DNA from: Phaeosaccion multiseriatum
Taxonomy: Eukaryota > Protista > Ochrophyta, other classes
Direction: 5' to 3'
NCBI GenBank assembly: GCA_965112735.1
Contig: OZ218951.1
Coordinates: forward strand, 3,100,001-3,164,000
Length of the DNA stretch: 64,000 nt
Below the pieces are notes generated by a model. The model saw only the letters and a list, made by a program, of their open reading frames with translations. It was not told the origin of the DNA and ran no database searches. A program made the position numbers and the translations under genes. Shown here in pieces: positions 39,194 to 50,519 of this stretch. How positions within the stretch are numbered: the stretch's first letter is position 1; each line of letters begins with the position of its first letter.

Positions 39194-41084
39194 GTGAGTC
39201 CCAGGGGTCGTGAGACAAAAGAGATAAGACAGACCAAGAAAGAGAGAGATATATACAGATCGTCAGACAGAGACAGGGAGAGAGCGAGAAAGCACCGGCA
39301 GGTAGTCAGACAGAGACAGGGGGAGAGAGAGAACACCGGCAGGGAGCAGGCGTGGTGGGACGGATATTCTTTTTCCGATCCGCCCCCCCCCAGGGCGTCG
39401 GCCAAGGAAACGAAGCCCAAAGTGCCTAGCTGGCTGGCGAATGTCTCTGCCTCCCCCGCGCAAAGCTCTGTATTGGCGAGGTAGAAGGCGGGGGAGAGTA
39501 GCAGCAGGAATGGCAGCAACAGCAGCAGCAGCAGTAGCAGCAGCAGCAGCACCAGCAGCAGCAGCAGGAGGAGCAGGTAGGGTGGACAGGCAGGCAGACC
39601 AGTGGTGCCAACCCCACAGTCCCCGGCACAGCCCCTGGTCGGTAGAGAGCGAGAGAGAGAGAGGGCGAGAGTGCGAGAGCGAGCTGTCTCATCGGACGTT
39701 TCAGCGGACGTTTCACCGGTTGTTGCACTTGTTCTCACGGTACGATTGTGGGGCCGAGAGGCGATGCAGCGATGAGTGGCTGTGAGCTCTCCTCTCAGCC
39801 GTCCACACCACGAAGGATGGCAGTGGATGGATGTCCACGCCACGAGGGATAGGGATGGCAGTGGATGGGAGGGGGTCCCAGGGCCCAAAGACCTTTGGGG
39901 CCTACCTGGAGGAGGGGGGGTGCTTTTGGTAGCAAGGCTGCTAAGGTGTCAGGGTGCCAATGGTTGTCGTCGTGAGGGGCTGCTTTGGCGTGTTGAAGGA
40001 CTCTCAAGCCTTGGGTGAGAGGTTGCTGGCCGCCTGTGTCGAATGATGAATACTAATGAGGGGAGAGGGGAGGAAGGAGTCGTACAAGCTGCAAAGGAAG
40101 GAGGAAGAAGCGGAGGGAAGGGTGAGGGGGTGGGAGGAAGCAAGGGAAAGCGGGAGAGAGAGAGAGAAAGAACGAGAGAGCGAAGGAGTGAAAGAAGGCA
40201 GAGGGGGCGCCTCTCACCCCTCTCCTTCTTGATTCATTGCAGAGGAAGGGGTGGATAGGGGAGACTTTATTGACTTAATAGGAGATAAAGGGGTGGATAG
40301 GGCGGGGCGGGGTGAGCGCTCTTTGCCTCTTCTGTGAGGGCCGCACACGTGGCCATGTGGAAGGGTGGTGAGGATGGAAAGTCTTGCGGAGTGAATCAAT
40401 CAATCAATCAATCAATCACAATGAATCCACGCTCTGCACCAACGTGTTGGGACGTTGTCGCTCTCTCGCTTCGAGGAGACCAATTGTGGCGCAGGAGAAG
40501 CAGTGAGAGGAGGCACTTGTAGACGGATTTGACACACTCTCTCTCTCTCACACACACACACACTTGGAGCGGCTTTCTGGAGCTGGCAGAGAGAGAAGGA
40601 CGGAGGGACACGAGCAAGTTGCCAGCCAAGCAGAGGTTCGAGGAGACAAGTAGAACGCGTAAAGAGGGTCTCTTAATTATCTTTGCGTGTCAAGTCTCGC
40701 CCCTCCACGCTCTGGACCCTGTCCGTGAGTGTGCTACGCATCAGTGGGCAGCTGCCATGATGTAACTATGATAACTCTATTCAGTACCTTTGAGCAGTAA
40801 ATGTTATTGGGCGCCTGAGAGTGAACAAGGCAGAGCCGTCGCGGAGCGCCCATCACGCATCACGCATCACAGCCTCAGCGACGAACGTCCTGCCGCCAGC
40901 CCGTTCTGTGCGGTGCGGTGCCCAGCCCGACTGACTTGCTCTTGTTGACTTGTTGAGCTCTCGAAAGCGCTCCATTTGCTTCTCATTCGGTCGCCTCTTC
41001 AGTCGCTGTTCCAATCGCTCGTCCTGCTGCATGATTCGGGCCTCACCCACCACCCCGGACCGTTTCCCCTAAGGCCAATCATTA

Positions 41085-41410
41085 GGAACACACGTAAGTA
41101 CTCCACTCTGAAGCCTCTACCCTCTACCCCAGTCAGATGATGATGAGGTGCGCTTCATCTACAACGATGCGCTGCAGCTGTTTTAAATCTGCGAGGCGAG
41201 AGAGAGCTGCAGAGTGAACGACCGATCCACGAAGCGCTCCGGAGAGACAAGAACCAAATTGTAGACGCCCATGTTTCTATACATTGCACGGCGATCCGCT
41301 GGCGCCACTTCTCCGTTGACTACTACCGCGACAGTGAGACCCTCCGCTCGGCACTTTCTTCCCATGTCCACCACTTCTTTTGTGCGTATCTTGCTTATCG
41401 GTGCGGCTCG
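41085..41410 (-). pseudogene. Frameshifted RecQ-family (DEAH) helicase fragment
   Basis: Removing three small insertions restores DMGRKCRAEGLTV...NLVLVSPERFVDRSFTLQLSRLADLKQLQRIVVDEAHLISDWGRGFRVEYLRV, equivalent to RecQ Y.TPER...IDEAHCIS.WGHDFRP.Y. Confidence 0.75.
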
Positions 41411-42341
41411 ACGGTTTCTTTCCCCCTTTGTTCTTCTTTGTCCTAGCTGCAGCGACCTTCTTCATCGAGGCCGATGAAGCACCAGCTGCTGTCGAGGAAA
41501 GCCGGTATGGCGACACAAGAAGAAGGAAGAACGGGAAAAGAGAGGGCCAGGAGGAGTTGGGGAGAGCGAGGCAGGCTCGCGTTTCAGCACATTTTCCCAT
41601 CAGAAGTGACTGACAACAACAGCGAGCCGGCAAGCACGTCTGGGGACCTGTGCCTGGGCATGCCATCTCCCGTTGCGCGTAGGAAAAGAAGGAGGAGCAT
41701 TCGTGGACGGAATCAAAGAAAATTCGCACGTATGCACGCACGCACGCACGCACGCACGCACAGGCAGAGAAGGACGGAGAGAGCATGTTGGACCTGGGGC
41801 GAAGCAGGAAGCAAAGGACCGACCTCTGACGTTCGGTGGTAAGGATGGATGGACTTGGCCGCTGGTGAGGCCCTCGGGCGGACAGAGCGAGACGTGGGAG
41901 AGCATGGTGGAGAAAGGCGCCGAAAGGAGACGGCGGTTCAGCTCTGCCGGACTGGGGCGAGGTGGGTGTTTGACGAGGAGACGGCAGCGCCTGGGGCTTA
42001 TTCCTTTGGTTGCATTACTGCCATTGTGGTCCTCCCTTGTACTCCAGGGCAGTACCTTTTGCATGCGTGCTTCAGTCAGGGCAGTAACTGTTGCATGCGT
42101 GCTTCACTCTTTGAAAATACATCGGTCTTCGATCCCCCCCCCCCCCCCCCCCTTGACCTCTACACCGCAGCCCGCCCTGATATCTCACACCCCCGCCCGC
42201 CGGCGTCGGCGGGACGATACGTTGCTTCCCTGCCCGCGGAAGCTTGCCAAGCTGCTCTGGAGCTCTGGTCCAACCCAAGCCAACCCAGCCTAGCGGGCCT
42301 AGCTAGAGGGCTAGAGCACCGCTGGAGGAAGTGCTTCGCAC

Positions 42342-43688
42342 TCAGTCCTTTCCCACCGGATGGCTGCGGCCGTGGAGGTGATGGTGGTGATGGTGGTGAT
42401 GGTGGTGATGGTTTGACTGCCCGCGCTGCTGCTGATGCGGCGGCCCGCCAGCACCTTCTCCAGTAGCACCAGCGTCCTCACCCTCAGCAGCAGCAGTCTC
42501 CTCCCACCCCTCCTCCCTCTTCTTCCTCTTGTGGGCATTTCTCTCACCCACCACCTTCTCCTCCTCCTCCTCCTCGTCGGACGGGAAAAAGCGCCTCAGG
42601 AAGCGGCCGATCCTCGAGGCGGGTCCCTCGAAGGGGCTACCGTGTGAGTGCAAGGCCGTGGCTGCCATCAGTTGGCAGAATTCCACAAACTCTACACTCC
42701 GGCTGCCCTCTCCAGAGGCGTGGAGCAAGTACTTTCCGAGACCATGCGGGTCTTCCCCTCCCCCCCCTCCGCCCGCGGCTGCTGGTGTTGTTGCTACGGC
42801 TGTATCACCAACTGCGGCACCAGTGTACCTGCTACTGCTGCTGCTACTGCTGCTGCTTCCATTCTCCCTGGTCTGAGATGCTCTTCTTTCTTTTGTTCCT
42901 CCTCTTCCTCCTCCCCGTCCTCCTCCTCTCTCGAAGCTACTACTCAACGGCACTCCTCGAATCCTGAGGAGCGAGGCCATCACCTTGCTCGCGGAGATGC
43001 CCTCTTCGCTGTCGATCATTCCAATCGACAGCAGTTTGTCCATCATTGACCGCACCGGAACCGCAGCGATGGACAACAGGGAAAGCTTGTCCTTCTCCTT
43101 GCCCTTGCCGTTGCCCTTGCCGTTGCCGTCCTTGCCCGCCTCATCACCCCCAGTCCCTGCCCCGCCACCATGCCACCTATCGGCGTCCTCCTCATCCCCG
43201 CTTACCTCTGATGCATACACACTACTACTGCCATCATCATCATCATCATCATCATCACCATACACACTACTCCCACCGCGACTCCTCGCACCACCATCAT
43301 CATCACCATCATCATCGTCATCATCATCGTCATCATCATAATCATGATCACCACCACCACCATCATCGTCAGTGTGTATCTCCTTTCCACCCCCCGCCTC
43401 CGCCTTGCCGCTCCTGTTGACGGCTTCGCTGTTGCATCTGCTCCGCCCCTCCGCGGCCGCGTGAAGGGAGCCTTCCAGGAGCCCAGCGTTGCTGCCCCGG
43501 GAGGGACATAGTCTGGTGCTGGCCTCCCTGGCGCTGAGGCTATTCGCTCGCCCTCCTGCATTTCTTGCCGCCGTTGCTCCTCTTCCTCCTCCTCCGCCTC
43601 CTGCTCTCCTCATTCGCTTTTTCCTGCGGTGTACCAACCAGTACCACAGGCAGGGGGGGGGGGGGAGGCAAGAGCAAGTGTGTGCGTG

Positions 43689-43730
<42 letters not shown>

Positions 43731-44182
43731 CGCGTCCCAATGTCTCTCCTCCCCTCGCCTCTCATCTTGTCTTGTCTTGTCTTGTCTTGTCTTCTCTTCT
43801 CTTCTCTCCTCCGCTCCCCTCTCCCCTCCCCTGCCCTGCCCTCCCCTCCCCTATTCCCCCGCCGCCGTGCTCTGCCTTTCCTTCTCCCCCCCCTCCATCA
43901 CTTCTCTTCAACTCTTTTTCTTACGTTCGGCCGCGAGCTGGTGCCATAGCCTTGAACACATGCACGAGCGACGTGAGGCGATCCAAAAACTCAAGTTCCA
44001 CCGCAGGACTGAGCCACCCTCTGCGGTACTCGTCCATCCCAAGCAAGTACATCGGGGCCGCCGCGGCTGCTCCCGTTGGTGCTTCGGCATCCCCCGCTGG
44101 CGACGCATCCTCCCCATTGGTCGACCCCCTGGTGCTGCTCCTCCTACTGCTCTTGCTGCTGCCACCTCTGCCACTGCTGCTC

Positions 44183-44214
<32 letters not shown>

Positions 44215-47200
44215 GCTCAAGTCATTGAGATGCCTCACCAGAGGTTCAATGTGCCGAACGATGAGGTGCTCCACGCTCTTCCGCCCCTCCGTCAGCCCAC
44301 TCGTGGTCGCCAAAAGCATTGCGGACGGGGACCGGGATCGGGACCGAGAGCGCGCAGAGAAGCTGGAATTGGAATTCCGATGGATAGAGGCCGAGGGGGG
44401 GGTGCTGGAGACGGAGGCGGCGGTGGTCAAGGAGGAGGAGCTATGCTGGTGCTGGAGAGGGGAAGAGGAGGAGGAGGAGGAGGACGCCAGCTGTTGGTGC
44501 TTGTGCTGAATGGCAGCGAGGCCCAGCACGAGCTCCACAAAGGTTTGTGCATCAACTCGGGCGGTGAAGATTGCCCCGAGGAGGTCGACGGAAGTGTGGA
44601 TGGTCTCGCTCTGAGTGGAGGAAGGGAGAGGGGGAAGGAGAGAGGGAGTGGGGAAGGAGAGAGGGAGGGACGGGGAGGGAGGAAGGGACGGAGACAGGGG
44701 GGGAGGGAGGGAGGGAGGGAGGGAGGTGTGTGTGTAAGAGGGGGGGGGGGTAAGCAGCTACACCAGCGGCCGTGTGGGGCGCAAGGGACCTTTCATCCGT
44801 ACCTGTGGCAGCAAGCTGAGCTGCACCTTCTCCAGCCACTTGCTCTGCTTGGCCATCAAGGCCTTTTGCCGCCTTAAGGTCACGTCCGCGCCCGCACCCA
44901 CGCCCGCCCCCCTGCTCACGACTCCGCTTCCGCCCATTGGCGTTTGTTCCCCTTCCTTAGGAGTCCCTCCTCCTCCTCCTCCTCCTCCTCCTCCTCCTCC
45001 TCCTCCTCCTCCTCCTCCTCCTCCTCCTCCTCCTCCTCCGCCCTCCTCCTCCCGCGGGCACTGGAGCAGCTGACAGGCATGCAACAAGTCCCACACCGCC
45101 GGTACAGACAGGGTCATCGGTCTCTCCTCCAAACCCCCCTCCCCAACTCCATTCCCGCCGCCCCCTATGGCCCCGCTCCCCTGATGTTGCCTGTTTTGGA
45201 CGAGGTGGTGCCGTTGGTGGTGGTGCTGGTGACGGTGATGGTGATGGTGGTGGTGGTGGTGGTGGTGGTGGTTGTGATGGTGGTTGGGGTGAGAGTGAGG
45301 GTGATGATGGTGACTGTTTTGGCCGTGGTGGTGGTGGTGGTGGTGGCCGTGGTGGCCGTGGTGGTGGTGGGGGTGGTGGTGCCCGTGGTGGTGGTGATGA
45401 TGGTCGTCGTCTGTTGGCGCAGAGCGATGAGGGAGAATTCTCTCCAGCTCCACATAGAGCTACGTATGTATCGATGCAGTACGTCGAAGGCATCGATGCA
45501 GTACGTCGAAGGCATCGATGTAGCATGTCGAAGGTATGTATCGATGTAGTATGTCGAAGGTATGTATCGATGTAGTATGTCGAAATTTTGGTTGCATCAC
45601 CGCCACGAGGACGGCCAAACGGACGGACGAAGAATGGAACGACAAAGGAAGAGACAGTGCGTAAGTTGGCGGCGTGCGTGTGTGTATGTGTATGCTCGTT
45701 CGTTTGGTCGGTCGTTCGTTCACTCTCCCTTCCTCCCTCCCTCCCTCCCTCCTTCCCTCTCTGTCCCTCACCATAAAGATGGCCGCTAGCTTGGAGCTCT
45801 GATCCAGCAGAATGGGCCTAACGCACTTCTCTACAGCCAAGAGGCGTTGCCGCTCGTGTTCCAGGCGCCGACTGGGGGCATCCGGACCGAAGAGATGTAG
45901 GACGAGGGGGGTACCGCCGTCGAGGGCCAACAGTAGACGACGGCCGCAGATGTGTCTGTGGTGGGTGGGTAGGTGCGTGGGTGGGTGGGTGAGTCGGTGA
46001 GTGAGTGGGCGGGTGGGTGAGTCGGTGAATGAGTAGGTGGGTGAGTGAGTGGGTGGGTGGGTGGAACTCACATAGTCTCCTCATTGTCCTGACGCCACGC
46101 TTATTCACTCACTCATAGTCCTGGCACGCGCTCCCTGTCCTGACACTCACTCACTCACTCACTCACTCACTCACTCACTCACTCACTCACTCACTCACTC
46201 ACTCACTCACTCACTCACTCACTCACTCACTCACTCACTCACTCACTCACTCACTCACTCACTCACTCACTCACTCATTCACTCACTCACTCACTCACTC
46301 ACTCACTCACTCACTCACTCACTCACTCACCTCATCTGATGCTTGCACACGAGAACGTCGTTGCTATCGCTCGTCCCGTCCTCGTCGTTGGAGATGAGAC
46401 GCATATGGCGGCCCTGCAGGTATATCAGTTGGTGATACAGCAGCAGGGGTGGCGGACAACAGTTGATGGTACAGCATCAATAGCGGTGATCCGGACGCTC
46501 AGCTGCCCAGTGGATGGAAATGACTTGTCCTCGAGGATGAGAATCATGCCCTGTCTGCTCGGCTGCCTGTCTGCCTGCCTGCCTGCCTGCCTGCTTGTCT
46601 GCCTGTCTGCCTGCCTGCCTGCCTGCCTGCCTGTCTGCCTGCTTGTCTGCCTGTCTGCCTGCCTTTCGCTACCTCTGCTTGCCCTCTATCGCTTGTTGAC
46701 TTACTTCGCTGCCCCTTCGGCGCTCCTCAGCGTCTTCTCCGGTGGGGAAGTGAATGGGATCAGCCTTTGTAACCATCACGCCCACAGTGTCCTCCGTTCC
46801 GACAGCTGCCTTACTGAAGTTCTCCTGTCAACGACAAGAAGGAGGAGGTGGAGGGGAGAGCGAGAGAGGGAGGCAGGATTGAGAGAGATGCGCGAGGCAT
46901 GAAAGGGGGGGACAAGTTGGGCGTAGAGGTGTACACGCGCGCACACACGCGCGCGTACACACACATGCACACACAAGTATACACACATACACACATACAT
47001 GCACACACACGTATACACACACACACGTATACACACATACACACACACGTATACACACATACACACATGCACACACACGTATACACACATACACACACAC
47101 ATGCACACACACGTATACACACATACACACACACACACACACGTATACACACATACACACACACACATGCACACACACATACACACACGTATACACACAC

Positions 47201-49055
47201 GTATACACACATACACACCTGCTGTAGTGTGAGGCTCCATTGTAAGTCTGACATCTTCTTCGCAACGTCCGTCCACAGCTGGAGGGAGAGGAGAGGAATA
47301 TGGGAGGAGAGGATGGATGGATGGATGGATGGATGGATGGATGGATGGATGGATTGATGGAGGGAGGGAGAGATGAAGGGAGAGAGGGAGGGGAACGATG
47401 ATGCTGAGAGAGAGATGAGGACGGAGGGCTGGGGCAGATGGCAGTCGAAGGACTCCTCCACTCATGAGTGGGCATCTCACAAACCGAAACTTGAAACTTA
47501 CTTGATGTGAGAGGCGTACCCTGGCGTCGAGTACGCTGAACTGCCCCAGCAGGGGGGGGAGGCGGAGACCCAGAGAGGCGAGCACCTTGCTCAGCTGCTG
47601 CGTGAGGCGGAGGAAGTTGGAGTTGGCCTGCAAGAGGGGGAGGGCGGGATGGGGGTGGTGAGGGGTGGGGTGGGGTACGTTAGGTGTGGTGAGAGAAGCT
47701 GCGGGTAGGGTCGACTCAAAAAATTGAATCTGAAACTGAAGCAAAGGTGTCCGGCGTCAGTGTATGCCTCACCTGCTGCAAGCTTGCTGTAGTGGCCCAT
47801 CGGGAGGACTCGCTTCATGAAGGGAAAGGACGAGAAGGGGAGAAGGAGGATAGGGGGGGAGGGGGGGAGGGGAGGGGAGGAGAGGAGACGAGAGCGGGGA
47901 GGGAAGGGGAGAGGAGGGCAGAGAGGGAAAGCAAGCAAGCCAGAGCGGGGAGGAAAGGACAAAACATGAGCGGAAGAAGAGTACAGCCCGCGGAGCGTGT
48001 GCATGTTCGTGCGCGTGGATGGGATAGATGCACGCATTTGCAGAGTCGGCAAGGGGACACAATGGGAGGAACGTATATAGCTTAGGCTTGGGCTCAACTC
48101 ACTTGAGTAGGGCGGTCTTGAGACTGAGCAGGAGGGCCCTCCCCTCGAGCCAGCCGATTTGAAACTCCTGAAACGTCAACCTCTCCTCCTGTTATAGAGA
48201 TTAAAGATCAGGGGGAGAGGGAAGTAGGCAGGCAGGAGAGGAGGAGAGAGAGAAGGAACAAGTGGACATGACGGCACTGAGTTGAAGGTCCAACCAATCC
48301 AAACCCCATCCATTGCCATTCCATGCCAACCACTGCCATCCCATGCCATCCTCTGCCATCCCTCCCCATCTACAGCCACTGCCATCCCATGCCATCCACT
48401 GCCATCCCATGCTATCCACTGCCATCCCATCTCATCCATTGCCATCCCATGCCAACCACTGCCATCCCTCCCCATCTACAGCCACCCCATCCCATACCAT
48501 CCACTGCCATCCCACGCCAACCACTGCCATCCCACGCTATCCACTGCCACCCCATCCCATGCCATCCACTGCCATCCCATGCTATCCACTGCCATCCCAT
48601 CTCATCCATTGCCATCCCATGCCAACCACTGCCATCCCTCCCCATCTACAGCCACCCCATCCCATACCATCCACTGCCATCCCACGCCAACCACTGCCAT
48701 CCCACGCTATCCACTGCCACCCCATCCCATGCCATCCACTGCCATCCCATGCTATCCACTGCCATCCCATCTCATCCATTGCCATCCCATGCCATCCACT
48801 GCCATCCCTCCCCATCCACAGCCACCCCATCCCACGCCATCCCATGCTATCCACTGCCATCCCATACCATCCCATCCCATGCCATCCACATCCACCCCAT
48901 CCACTGCCATTCCATCCCATCCCATCCCATCCCATCCCATCCCATCCACTGCCATCCACCCACCTCGAAGGCGTTGAAGGGAACAATGCCTGCCCTCTCC
49001 TGGAACAGCTTGGCAAGAAGGAACATCAGCATGCTGTTGGGCCCACGCACAAGCT

Positions 49056-49087
<32 letters not shown>

Positions 49088-50487
49088 AGGGGGAGCAGAG
49101 GGAAGAGTCAAGAGGGAAAGAGCAGAAGGGCGGAGGGAGTGAGAGAGGCAGAGAGGTGCGGGAGTGTGGGCGTGTGAAAGAGCGGTGCGGGTCCATGCCA
49201 CACCCAGTCAGTCTCCATCCCACTTCACCCATTACGTAATACCTTAAGATGATTCCCGTAAGTCAATACATTCCCCCCACATCCTCGCCCTAGTACCACA
49301 GGGCATCCTTCCCCTCCCCACCTTTCCACACACACACAAACACTGACCCTAACCCTAACACACTTACATAATTCCTAGGTTGAATTCCTATAAGTCAATG
49401 ACAGAATCTCCACCTTTCCACCTCACTCACCTTGACCACGGAGAGCAGGCCGGGGGGCAAATTGGGCAGCATGAGACCCAACAGCTGCATCGCGATCTTC
49501 CAGCGCTTCGTCGCATCCACAGATGGCGCAAGGTATTCCACTGCCTGAGCGGCCAGGGACGCCGCGGTGGAGCCCCTGCGACGCGAGAACAACAACTCGG
49601 AGTCTTCTCCCTCTGTGTCGGAGCTTTCTCCCTCGTCGTGCTCGCTGTTGGAGCTTTCGCCACTCTGTGCCGCTGCTGTAGCACCAACGGCTGCTGCTAT
49701 TGATGGGTCTTTTGGTCGTTCTTGTCCTTGATCTTGTTCTTCATCTTCTTCGTCGTCGTCGTCGCTGTCTGCTCCTCCTCCTCCATCGTCCTCCTCCTCA
49801 TCCTCCTCCTCCTCCTCCTCCTCCTCCTCCTCCTCCTCGCCGTTTGTGATGGTGGCTCCTCCGCTGTGGACCTGTATCCTTCTTGTAGTCCTTTGCTGCC
49901 TCCTCCTTCTGTCCTTTTTGCGCCGCCGTTGCTTCCTTGCTTCGACGCTATCGACTCTGAGCAGGCTGATGAGCAGCACGAGGAATATCTGAGAGGAAAG
50001 AAGGGGAGAGGGAGAGAAAGGAAAGGGGAGAGTGAGAGGGGAGAGTGAGAGGGGAGAGTGAGACGGAGAGGGAGAGGGACAGGGAGAAGGGGGGGGGGGG
50101 CATTACCAGGTAGAGTGAGCATGTTGTGGCTTGCAATTGAAGTGCACAGCAAGCTAAAGTGAGAGAGAGAGAGAGAGTGAGACACAGACAGAGAAAGAAA
50201 GGGGGAGAGAGAAAGAGAGACAGAGAGGCGCAACCCCCCACACCAACCCCCATGCGCGTACCTCTCCGTTCCTCAGCGAGGGGTCCTCAAAGCTTGTGAC
50301 CCTTCGCTTGAAGGGCTTTCCGTCTTCTGTAACGACACTTCTGCGGAGGTGAAAGTTGACCCAGCGACGCAGCACCGCCTCGGCAGAGAGAGACGCGAGC
50401 TCAATCAGAGCTGCCTTCTTGCTGCTCGCTCGCACGGCCTTTGCGCGCAGGGAGGGGAGGGAAAGGAGGAGAGGAGCGGGGGAGAGT

Positions 50488-50519
<32 letters not shown>

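Noticed and set aside
48282-49239. His/Pro/Cys-rich ORFs
   Set aside because: Translation of the CCATC satellite, antisense within an intron.
49345-49360. CCCTAA telomere-like repeat
   Set aside because: Only two copies; expected by chance.
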